Assembly: GCA_043228905.1 (NCBI GenBank)
Contig: JBHGNT010000011.1
Location: 13,144,001 to 13,208,000 of the forward strand
Source of the DNA: Azolla caroliniana
Taxonomy: Eukaryota > Plantae > Polypodiophyta
Reading direction: 5' to 3'
Length of the DNA stretch: 64,000 nucleotides
Every line of letters begins with the position of its first letter. Position 1 is the first letter of the stretch. A program made the position numbers and the translations under genes. The notes below the pieces were generated by a model. It made no database searches, was not told the origin of the DNA, and saw only the letters and a list, made by a program, of their open reading frames with translations. Positions 35,890 through 48,000 of this stretch are shown here, piece by piece.

Positions 35890-37212
35890 TCAACTTGAGG
35901 TCGGATCGTAGTGTCAGTCTCCATGGCAGCCGGTCCTTCCACTCGGCTCCTTCTGGCGTCACTCCACCTCGCTCGCGCTCCTTGTCCGGTCCGGTCCCGT
36001 TTGCCGCGAACCTTCTGATTCTGCGCACCTCGACCTTCTCGGTCGGCTTGTCTTCTCAATAGGCCCAATTCAACTCCCTCACTGCTATGACTTCTGCGCT
36101 TGCCGATTGGCCGATTCATTCGTGTTGGTGTCGACTTTCACTACCTTCTCATCCTCTTGGCCTTGAATTGTTCCGGCTCTTCCAAATCTGTCTATTGAAC
36201 TGAATCGGCTGTCTCCGATTCGTTCCAGCTCTTGTCCGAATCGGTCGCTCCCGATTCGTCTTCCGGTTCCAGGCCCTTCACCACATCGGACCATGTCCAG
36301 GTCTTGGCCTTCTTCTTCCGGTTGGCTTTGTCCTTCTTGACTCTATCGTCGTTGCTGCTTGTTCCGATTTGTTCGGATGTGTCAACTTCCTTTGTCGACT
36401 CAGCTCCTTTCGTCTTCTTGTCTCTCCCTTTCTTGGTTCTTCCCTCATCGGTGCAATCGACAGTTTCTTTGCCTTTGCCCGTTCCAGTGTCTTTGCCCGT
36501 TCTCCCCCTCAAGTGTGGCATGTCGAGATGCTGAACACCAAGCATTTCGGTGAAGTCCTGCAACTTGTCCGATCAGAGTGGTTTGGTGAAGATGTCGGCA
36601 ACTTGCCGATCCGTATGAACATACCAAAGTTCGACTTCACCGCTCGGGACACGCTCACGCACAAAGTGGTAGTGCACTTGTATGTGCTTTGTGCGAGCAT
36701 GGAACACGGGGTTCTTGGCGAGCTGCATGCTGCTTATGTTGTCGCAGTAGATTAGGAACGGGGTCGGCACCTCGATCCGCAGGTCTTGCAGCAGTCGCCG
36801 AAGCCAAATGGCTTCACAAGTGGCAACGGTAGCTCCCCAGTATTTAGCTTCAGTGCTCGAAAGGGCCACTGTTGGCTGCTTTTTGTTGCTCCACGCAACA
36901 ACCACGCTACCAAGGGAAAACATATAGCTTCTTGAGATTTTCGCACACGTCCTTTGGTGTGTTAGCATCCCGAATGTAGCTCAAGAGTTGGTCGCTCACA
37001 TAGGATGCGAAGCAATAAAGAACTCTGCTTGCCGCTTGTTCCCAAGCTGAAAAGTCTTTGTGTGTCGATTTGGGTGCTGTATTGTTACCTCCATCGACAT
37101 AACTCCAGTAGCCATGACCAAGTAGGTACTAGTGAATCTTGTACGACCAAGATGCATAATTGCTCTTGTTGATCTTCTCAGCTGGTAGCGAGCTTCCCAT
37201 TCCTCTGTCCAT
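35890..37212 (-). pseudogene. gag-pol: Unit X of D: Gag N-terminus fused by deletion (about 36928) to RNase H and extension
   Basis: gag start near 37212; ORFs 36573-36968 (RH) and 36192-36563. Confidence 0.82.
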
Positions 37213-37314
37213 ATTGTTGTATTATCCTTTCCGAAGGAAATAACCTAACGCTTTCTTTATCGCAATCTTTAGTGTCAGTTGTAGAGGAGTCTCAACCCTC
37301 GCGCTCTGATACCA

Positions 37315-37739
37315 TGTAAAAGAATACGTGTGCGGAAGCGTATGCGTAAGAACACAAAGTACACGGTTCGGAAGTACGACAGTTCGGTGAAACATAAAAA
37401 TCACAGAGAAAGAGAGGGGGAGAGAGAGAGAGAGAGTAGAAACTACAAAACTATATTAAAAATTTCTCTGTATGTTCTCTGTACATATTTCGTGCTTTGT
37501 GAGCACCTTTTATACAAGCCCTGACTATCGAGCTGACACATGTACTGCCAGTATTTGACCGCTCATAAAAGAGCCTTCTACACTAACTCCCAAAACTATT
37601 CCTTACGAGGAATAACATTCTAACAGCCTCTTGGTTTAAATACCGCCATGGCCATATTTTGCGTACGATTTTACCCACCCAGTCTATGTACTAGGTTACG
37701 TACCCGTTTATGCACCAATGTTGAGCTTGTCTCTTAACA
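37315..37739 (-). repeat. 5' LTR of Copia D
   Basis: PBS TGGTATCAGAGC 37303-37314 adjacent; matches 6083-8174. Confidence 0.9.
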
Positions 37740-38281
37740 TATCTCCACACACACATAGTTCTTCCGTTGCACAAAATCATCACTGATTCTTGACATGGTA
37801 TTAGGCCACGTGGTTGCTTGTCCAAAGCCAATCACCTTTACATGTGTTGTGCCGAAGCCCGCATTTGGAAAGTACTGGCTCATCGCTGTAGCAGCAACCT
37901 GCACACCTCGTATCAAAGAGAAGAAGAAGAAGAAGTTTGACAATGAACACTTAGATGGGACATGTTCATCCTACCAAGAAGCTCGACAGAAACAATTTTG
38001 CATCTTGGGTGTACAAGATGCACCAATACCTTGTCGGTCAAGGCTATTGGAATTATGTCGAAGGAGCAAACGAGAATCAATCCAACCCAACACATGTTGA
38101 ATACCTAGCTTGGGAGCAAGCGGCGAGTCAGGTGTTGTATTGCATTGCATCATGCGTCCATGATCACATACTCGGTTACATCTGAGAGGCCAAAACACCG
38201 AAGGAGGGGGAACCTCAAGAAGGTTTTCGCGGCCATCATGACTACAAGAAACCTTCAACTCCGGCAAGAGTTGAACGGTAT

Positions 38282-41200
38282 TGTTGAGAATCAAGCTCAA
38301 CATAGTGCAATGTGTGAACACACCTTTTGAGAATCCATGATTACTCAAAGGTCAAGAGTCACACCACTATTCTATGACACATAACTGATGAGCTACATAT
38401 TCCCCATGACTATGATTCTTCACATTCCCCAAGAGAGAGAGTGGTTGTTGTAAAGTTAATGAAGAGAGAGAGTGACTCTATATAAAGCACCCTCATATTT
38501 CATACTAAGTCGGTTGTGACTCCTTATTATGCTACATTTTGTAATTCTTATTGTACTTGTGAAATATACACCTTCTTCTTGAGTATTCATTTTTCTATCT
38601 ATTTTGTGTTCTCTCATCTCTCCTCTAATTCCTCTCACTCATACACATAACACACATCTCTTCCACTACACAAGAATCATACCCTATTCTTTACATGGTA
38701 TCAGAGTGATTTGGTAGCTCGATCTAGCCGACTCGCCTCATCGTGATCATGTGTTGTGCTCTACGCCAACGTTCAAGAAGAACCTGCTCATCGCTATCGT
38801 AGTACCACTACATAGCTCGTGTTCGAGAGAGAAGGAAAAGAAGAAAGGGAGCTTACTCGACAATGAATACTCAAATGAGGAACACTCTCCATAGCGAGAA
38901 GTTGGACTGAAACAACTTCGCATCTTAGGAGTACAAGATGCACCAATACCTTGTCGGCCAAGGCTATTGGGGTTACATCAAGGGAGCACAAGAAAACCGA
39001 CCCAATCCAGAAGACGCCGACTATGCAACATGCGAGCAAGCGGCAAGCCTAGTGATGTATTGCTTGGCGACATGTGTTCACAACTACATGCTTGGGTACA
39101 TTCAAGAAGATGAGACGCCCAAGGAAGCGTGGGAGAATCTACGAAAGATTTTCACCGCCAACACTACCACGAGAAAGTTTCAACTCCACCAAGAGTTGAA
39201 CAACATCCAGCAAAGCGATATGTCCATCACAAGCTACACCTTGAAGATCAAGGAGATTTGTGACTCGCTTGGCTCGATAAGCATCAATGTGGACGATGAT
39301 GAGATGGTGCAAATATGCCTCGACGGCCTTGCACCACGATTCGGCACGATGCGGACCGCCATACAAGCACGAGAGAATCCACCCTCCTTCTTCGATCTTC
39401 AATCTATGTTATTGGTTGAAGAAAACCATGTTCGAACGAGGCGCAATGCCTCGGAAGGCCACATGCTCTACACACATTGGGACAGAGGAAGAGGATGCGG
39501 CCGTGCAAGAAGAGGCCGATTCGGCCAAGGACGAGGCGGACGAGGCCCGACTTACGAAAACAACTCGCAATTTCGGCATCAAGACGGAAGCCATAGAGGA
39601 ACCTTTGGAAGAAGGTGGAGCTTCCATTCTAGTTTGAACTGACAAAGCTCGGTTGAATGTGGATATTGCAGAAAAATCGGTCACCACGAAGAAGAATGTC
39701 GTAAGAAGATACGCGAGTTGGCTTCCACTAGCCGACAACTCACCAACTACGCTATCAACTCCGACTATGAAGATCGTGGTGGAATGTTCGTGATGAGACA
39801 TAGAGAAATTCTATGTCGGCCTCTACTTCTACTAGTGCCTCCGGTTCGGAAGACGTATGGTTCGTCGATTCTGGTGCCTCGAACCATATGACGTCGCATC
39901 AAGAATGGTTCCGAGAACTTTGAGAGCTGGACCGACCTGACTATGTTAAAACCAAAGATGACACTACGCACCTGATTCGGCACATCGGCAATGTTGCGTT
40001 CGGAGAAGAAGGTACACAAACTTATATTAAAAATGTCTTGCATGTACCAACTATCACAAAGAATTTGGTCTCCGTCAGCCAAATTGTAGAGCAAGGAATG
40101 CAAGTACGATTTAATCAAGGCGGTTACTTCATCGAAAAAGAGGACCAACTCATCGCTCGCGGACGAAGAGAGGGCCGAATGTTCATTCTCGACTGACACG
40201 AGATGAAATGGGCCATGTTCACAAAGGGCATAAAAGCTGATTCCGACATAGAGTTATGGCACAAGCGGATTGGCCATATCAACCTCCAAAAGGTCAAGGC
40301 AATGCATTCGAAAGGAGTCGTCATCAGGCTCCCGACATTCACAAAGAAAGAGATTAAAGGCATGTGTGCCGCTTGCCAATTCAGCAAGCAACATCGGCAC
40401 CCATTTCCGAAGGATCAGAACGTGAGCAAAGGCGTACTCGACGTAATTCATTCTCAGGTATGGGGTCCGGCTTAGACGGCGACATTCGGCGGATGCCGAT
40501 ACTACGTGACCTTCATCGACGACTTCTCTAGGCACAGTTGGATCTACCCGATGCAGCAAAAGAGCGAAGTGTTCGAACACTTCCAAAAATTCAAGAATGA
40601 AGTCGAGAAAGCCATGGGCCGACATGTACGATGTCTTCAGTCGGATGGAGGCAAGGAATATTTCTCGGATGAGATTATGGCGTATCTACGGAAAGAAGGA
40701 ATTCGGCGAGAGTTTTCGTGTCAACATACGCCACAACAAAACGGAGTGGCCAAACGAAAGAATCGGCACATCCTCGAAGTAGCACGGACCATGATGAACG
40801 AAAAGCACCTGCCGAAGTTGTACTAGGCAGAAGTGGCTAGCATGGTTGAATACCTCATGAATCGGTGTACGACATCAGGTGTGCACGAACTTACTCCGCA
40901 CGAGAAGCTTTTTGGAAAGAAGCTAGACCTATCACATGTTCGGATATTTGGCTCCATTGCGTACGTGCACATCCCTGATGAGAAGCGACAAAAGCTCGAC
41001 CCGAAGTTGGAGAAATGTATCCTCGTAGGATACTCACTGGAGCAAAAGGGGTACAAGTGCTATAACCCCTCAACTCGAAAGTCTCAAGTAAGTCGAGACA
41101 TTGTTTTCGACAAGACCACATCTTGGTATGCACCAGAGACAACTTTGACTCCGATTCTGCTTGACCCGGAATACACCGGAATAGAGATAGAAGCCGAAGA

Positions 41201-43640
41201 TCGGCTCATGCGCATGTTCGAAGAAAGCCCGATTACGACAAGGCTTAGTGGGCCACAAGAGCCCCCAAGTTATCAAAGCACATCTCGACCAAGTCCGAAG
41301 CTGGACAAAGGGAAGGCAAAAATGTTGGAGTATGAAAAAGATCACTTCGACGGCAACGAATCGACTCACTCCCTCGATAGTGAGTTCGAAGGTCTTGAGA
41401 TCCAGACAAATGGTGCGGAAAAAGCCGTAGTATCCGCAAACGAGAAGCTTCGCCGATCCACCCATGAAAAGAACCCCATAAGCCGATTCGGCTACAATGA
41501 TTACATGGCATACCATTACGCCTTTATGATGAAGGTAGCAATAATAGTACGGGGTCCGGAAACCTTTTCCGAAGCCATGAAGGACCCGTGATGGATTGAA
41601 GCAATCAACGAGGAGATGCATGCACTACGCAAGAATGAGACATGGGATCTCGTTCCCCACTCACCGCACAAGAAGGCAATTGGCTGTAGATGGATCTACA
41701 AGGTGAAGTATAATGCCGACGGCTCCATCAACTGTTACAAATCTCGACTCGTAGTGAAAGGATACGCACAAACCCATGGAATCGACTATGAAGAGACCTT
41801 TGCCTCGGTGGCAAAGATGACGACGATGTGGACCGTAACTGCACTCGCAATGGCGAAAGGGTGGCACCTCCACCAGATGGATGTCCAAAACGCTTTCCTC
41901 CAAGGCGAATTAGAAGAGGAGGTGTACATGGTACAACCTCCGGGCTTCGAATCACGCATTCATCCGAAAGCCGTCTGCCAACTCAAGAAGCCACTCTACG
42001 GCCTCAAGCAAGCACCGCGTGCTTGACATTCGAAGATTACACAATATCTTCATCAAATCAGCTTTTGAATGTTGAAATCCGACAACTCCCTCTACGTACG
42101 ACACGACTCTGGAAGCCTAATTGTCATCATCTTATACGTGGATGATCTTGTCATTGGAGGTGAAAGTCTAGTCGACATCAACAAGGTCAAGTCCCTCCTC
42201 TCCGGCAAATTCGAGATGACGGACATGAAGGAGCTCCATTACTTCCTTGGCATCGAAGTAATTCGGATCCTGACCGGCATTTTGATCTCTCAACAGCATT
42301 ACATCGAAGTAAGTGCAAATCGGTCGCTACACCTCTTGATCAAAACCTCAGACTAGATGTAGACTCCGGCACAGATGAGTGCGAGCCGACCCAATATTGT
42401 CAACTAATAGGGAGCCTCATCTATCTCACGATCACTCGACCCGACCTTAGCTATCCAGTTGGACTCCTTAGCCAATTCATGCAAACTCTGCAAGATATCC
42501 ATTTCGATTGCGCTAAGCGAGTATTACGATACGTGAGCGGCGCAATGGATTATGGCGTTCTCTACGCATTGGCCACACCAATATGACTCGAAGGGTACAC
42601 AAACGTGGACTAGGCAGGCTACAGAGTTGATCAACGATTGACCTCCAAATTTTTCTTCTTGCTCAGTAGCGGAGCAATACCTTTGAGTAGTAAGAAGTAG
42701 CCTACCATCGCACTTTCGAGTACGGAGGCCGAATACGGGGCACAGTTGTAGCTGCATGTGAAGCCGTATGGCTCAAGAGGATTTTGAAGGATATGGGCAT
42801 CCCCATCAAGGATCCGACTCCCATTTACTGTGACAACATGAGCAATATATATCTGGCTCGGAACCCGGTGTTCCACGCACGCACAAAGCATATCGAAGTG
42901 CACTATCGCTTCATTCGAGAGCGCGTACAGGCCGGAGATGTCGACCTTCAACACATCAACACAAATCTTCAGACAGCCGACATCTTCACCAAAGCCTTAG
43001 GAGCCGATAAGCTTTGCCAATTCATGTCAGACCTCGAATTGACGATTCCTGACTTGCCCAGCTTGAGGGGGAGTACAAGCGAGAACCAGATACCGTCCGA
43101 ACCGGGTACGAGTCAAAGTAGACACTGCAGATCGTCTGAACCGGTACCAGCCGAAGCAGACATCAATCAAAAGGAACCGACCCGAGTTGAGCTTGGGGGG
43201 GGCGTGTTGAGAATCAAGCTCAACATAGTGCAATGTGTGAACACATTGTTTGAGAATCTATGATTACGCAAAGGTCAAGAGTCACACCACTACTCTCTAC
43301 ACATTAACTATGTGTCATAGAATGATATTCTATGACACATAACTAATGAGTTACAAATTCCCCATGACTATGAGTCTTCACATTCCCCAAGAGAGAGAGT
43401 GGTTGGTGTAAAGTTAATGAAGAGAGAGGATGACTCTATATAAAGCACCCTCCTCATACTTCATACTAAGTCAGTTGTGACTCCATATTATGCTACATTT
43501 TGTAATTTTTATTGTACTTGTGAAATATACACCTTCTTCTTGAGTATTCCTTTTCCTATCTATCTTGTGTTCTCTCATCTCTCCTCTAATTCCTCTCACT
43601 CATACACATAACAGACATCTCTTCCGCTACACAAGAATCG
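38282..43640 (+). mobile_element. Ty1/Copia element I, degenerate; end of 3' LTR lost
   Basis: LTRs 38282-38695 and 43205 to about 43640; PBS TGGTATCAGAG from 38696; G-rich PPT before 43205. Confidence 0.9.
38863..43190 (+). pseudogene. gag-pol: Copia I gag-pol
   Basis: ORFs 38938-39642 (gag), 40203-41591 (INT), 41616-42356 (RT), 42784-43263 (RH). Confidence 0.9.
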
Positions 43641-43689
43641 TGGGCCGGCTACACACATCTATTTTCGACACTCTACCTCATATTGCTCG

Positions 43690-44831
43690 AAAATAGAAGA
43701 GTGAGCTGGCTTCCACATGCCGACAACTCACCAACTATGCCTAAAACTCCGACTACGACCATCGTGGCAAGATGTTCATGATGCGACACAGGGCAAATTC
43801 AATGACGACATCTTGTCTGACAAGCACCTACAACTCGGAAAATGTATGGTTTGTTGATTCGGGAACTCTGAATGCTCGATCAACCTGGCTATGTTGAAAT
43901 TGGGGATGGCACAATCCACCCCATTTAGCATGTTGGCAATGTCCCGTTCGGCGAAGAGGGTAATCAGACCTACATAAAAAATGTCTTGCATGTTCCGACA
44001 ATAACGAAGAATTTGGTCTCGGTCGGGCAAATTGTAGAACATGGCATGCAAGTTCGGTTCAATGATGGAGGTTGCTTCATCAGGAATGCTGACTTATCGC
44101 TCGCGGTCGGAGAAAAGGTTGAATGTTCATCCTCGACTCTAACGAGATGAAATTGGCAATGTATGCCAAGGGCCAAAAGGCCGACACTAACATAGAACTG
44201 TGGCACAAACGAATTGGCCACTTTAACCTCCAAAAGCTCAAAGGAATGCAGTCGAAAGGAGTTATCATCGGACTTCTGACTTTTACCAAAAGGGAAAGTA
44301 CCGAAGTGTGTAAAGCTTGCCAAATCGGCAAACAACACCGACAACCGTTCCCAAAGGAGCGGAACATAAGTAAAGAGATCCTGGATGTCATACATTCAGA
44401 TGTATGGGAACTAGCCCAAACGGCAACATTCAGTGGTTGCCAGTATTATGTAATGTTCATTGATGACTTCTCCATACATACTTGGATTTATCCAATGCGG
44501 CAAAAGAGCGAAGTGTTTGAACACTTAGAGAAGTTCAAAAACGAAGTCGAAAAGGCAACTGGTCAGCATGTCTGATGCCTTCGATTGGATGGCGTAAAGA
44601 GTACACTTCTTTGAAACTTTCACATCATACCTTCGACAAGAAAGAATCCGGTGGGAGTTTACTTGCCGGCACACACCTCTGTAGAACGGAGTAGCCGAAC
44701 GCAAGAATCAGCATATACTCGAGCTAGCAAGGGCAATCATGAATGAGAAACATTTGCCAAAGCCCTATTGGGTTGAAGCGGCGAATACAACCATCTATTT
44801 GATGAATCGATGCACAACATCAGGAGTGCAC
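43690..44831 (+). pseudogene. pol: Copia H protease/integrase fragment
   Basis: WFVDSG; ORF 44123-44575 with LWHKRIGH and IHSDVW. Confidence 0.85.
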
Positions 44832-45019
44832 TGAGGGACTGTTATGTGCGGAAACATATGTCTGAGGATCTGTAGTAGTGTTCGGCAAACAACACAGAAG
44901 GAAGACAAGAGAATAGACAAAAGATGTACACAGTTTAAGCTTTAATGGAAGCATTGTTATTACGTTCTCTCTCTCTCTCAGAGACTTTGTACAAGAATGA
45001 TCAAGCTCTGTTTTACAAT

Positions 45020-48000
45020 TGTAGAAAGTAGTGTGCGGAAGCAAGTATGAAGACTGAATAGAAGAGAGGAAACTCAGGTTTAATGGAGAGCTGGAGCTTA
45101 CACGGTATACGCAGGAGAGACAGAGAGAAACACAAAAAACTATGTTCAACAATAATACTCGATCTGTACATAAGACGTGCTTCAGTGAACACTTTTATCC
45201 AAGTCCTAGAAGGACTGACCGAAGTACTGACAGTACTTCAATGCTCATTAAGAGCTCCTACACTAACTCCCAAATATATTCCTCACGGAATATCTTTCCT
45301 AACGGCCTCCCAGTTTACGCACTCGGCCTAACCGATCGGTCCCAACCAATCCGGTCCTCGGCTTCTTCAACCGATCCAGCCGATGTTGAGCTTGTCTCTC
45401 AACACTCCCCCTCAAGCTCAACTCGAGGCTCTTCGGGATCCTCGGACTCACAGCTCCGGTTCCTCCTGGCTTCACGCCTCGCTCACGCTCCTCGACCTGT
45501 TCGACTTCGCGCGCTCCGACCCTTCCGGTCGGCTTGTCTGCTCATGTGGCCCTTATCAGCTCTTCTGTTGTTGCAGTGTTGACACTTCTTCTGCTGCCTT
45601 TTCTTCCGCTTGGGCCTCGGTTGATTCAACGTGTCTGAATCAAACATCCGAACCAATGCGGTTACCTCCGATCGGTTTTCGCTCTCGTCTGAGTTGGCTG
45701 TCTCCAACTCGTCTTCGGTCTTCTCGCCCTCGATGGCGTCATCTCCCCCATGGGTGGTTGGCTTCGGCTCTCTCCTTCAGCTGCTCCCCTTCTGTCCACT
45801 TCCGGACTTCTCCACGGGTCCGCCCTCAGCTTCTTCAACCGATCCAAAGTCAAACTCGACAACCGACTCGGTGTCGCGGTCTCCGCTCCTTTCATGCTGC
45901 CTTGCTTGGTCATTCGGGATTGTTCTCCCCCTCAAGTTTGGCACGTCGAGGTGATGCAATCTGAGCGCACCTAAGAATTGCTGCAACTTGTCTAGACCAA
46001 GAGGCTTGGTGAAGATGTCGGCAGTCTGCCGATCCGTCGGAACGTACTGAAGTTCGACTTCACCGGAAAGGACACGCTCACGGACGAAATGGTAATGCAC
46101 CTCAATGTGCTTGGTCCGTGCGTGGAAAACGGGGTTTTTCGAGAGCTGGATGCTGTTGAGATTGTCGCAGTAGATCGTCGTCGGATCTGACACCTCCTCT
46201 TGCAGGTCCTTAAGTAGCCGCTTCAACCATATGGCTTCGCATGTCGCGACAGCCGCTCCTCAGTACTCAGCTTCGGTGCTCGATAGTGCAACTGTCGGCT
46301 ACTTCTTACTGCTCCACGCGATCACGGCACTCCCGAGGGAGAATGCGTATCCGGACGTGGATCGGCGATCGGCGGCGTTGCCAGCCCAATCAGCATCGGT
46401 GTAGCCGACTAATTGCGCGGCTGCACCGGTCCGATATAGTAGTCCGTGGCCCTTAGTGCCGTTGACATACCGAAGTATGTGTTGCGCACACTGAAGGTGC
46501 TCCTCAGTAGGTCCCGCCATGAACTGACTGATCACCCCGACCGGATAACTGAGGTCGGGTCGGGTGATGGTCAAGTATATGAGGCTTCCGACAATTTATC
46601 GGAACCTCGTCGGGTCACATACCTTTCCCGTATCAGGACGAAGCTTGACGGTTCTATCCAGAGGAGTCTAGACGGACTTACAGTCGGCCATCCCGAATTT
46701 AAAGAGCATACCCAGCACGTAATGACTTCACCAAGATCAATATGCCTTCGGGGGTACGGATCACTTCGATCCCGAGGAAGTAATGAAGGTCCCCCAGATC
46801 CTTCATGTCGAACGATGCCGCAAGTTGGAGCTTCACGCGGTCGATTTCACCTAGGTCGGCGCCGGTGATGACCAAGTCATCAACATATAGTAAAATACTA
46901 ATCGGTCCGAGTCGATCTTGCCGGATGAACAGGGAAGAGTCCGATTTTGACGTAACGAGGCCCATCCGACGCAGTTGTTGCGTGATCTTCGCGTTCCAGG
47001 CACGCGGGGCCTTCTTCAGTCCGTAAAGGGACTTCTTCAGTCGCCATACTGCCGAGGAGTTCGTTCCGGAGTGAAATCCGGGGGGTTGTACCATGTAAAC
47101 TGGTTCCTCAAGGTCACCTTGCAGGAACGCATTCTTTACATCCATTTGATGTAGGTGCCACCCCTTGGCCGCGGCTACTGCGAGCAAAACACGGACGGTC
47201 GTCATTTTCGCGACCGGCGCAAATGTCTCATCGTAGTCGATGTCGTTTTTCTGCGCGTAGCCCTTTGCCACTAGCCGAGCATTGTACTTGTTGACCGAGC
47301 CATCGGTGTTGTACTTGACTTTGTACACCCACCTACACCCGATCGGTTTTACCCATGTTGGTGCGTCAACCAGGTCCCAGGTCTCGTTCTCCGCCAATGC
47401 GTGCATCTCTTCCTCCATCGCGGCACGCCAATTCGCGTCTTTAGCCACTTCTGCATAGCTCTCCGGCTCACGCACTTCCGCTACACGGGTCATGTATGCA
47501 TAATGATGCGCCATGTACTCGTTGTATCCGAACCGCAAAACAAGATTCTTCTTGCGGGTAGATCGGCGTAATCTCACATTAGCCCGATGTCGAGGCCTTC
47601 TCGGTTGACGCGGAATTCACTTTTAAAGACTCGTCACCGGTTCCCTCGGAGTCGGACTCGCGTTGGTCTGACTCGTTCCTATCCATGCCGGAATCCGACA
47701 CCTTCTTCTTCCCTTTCTCTTTGCATGTAAGCCGTCTCCTCGGCTTCCTACACGGGGAATGCACGGCCGAGTCTTCACTACTCGCCGGCTCTTCATCGGC
47801 CTGATCGTACCAACTCAGTCGTCCAATCGGTCTACTTAACCGGAGTGAAATCGGACTCTCTTCATGGGTCTCGATTTCGGGCTCATCTGGAGGCATCTCG
47901 GCCTCGCTGACCTCATCGTCAGAGCTCGGATTGGAGTCGAGGTTCGTAGTCGGGGGCAGGTACCAGGACGCGGACTCGTCAAACACAACGTCGCGGCTGA

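Larger units (their letters stand above)
6083..37739 (-). mobile_element. Composite Ty1/Copia element D with many nested insertions
   Basis: Matching outer LTRs 6083-8174 and 37315-37739 (TGTAAAAGAATACG..AACA); TSD TATAT/TATCT; primer-binding site (PBS) 37303-37314; PPT near 8175-8185. Confidence 0.82.
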
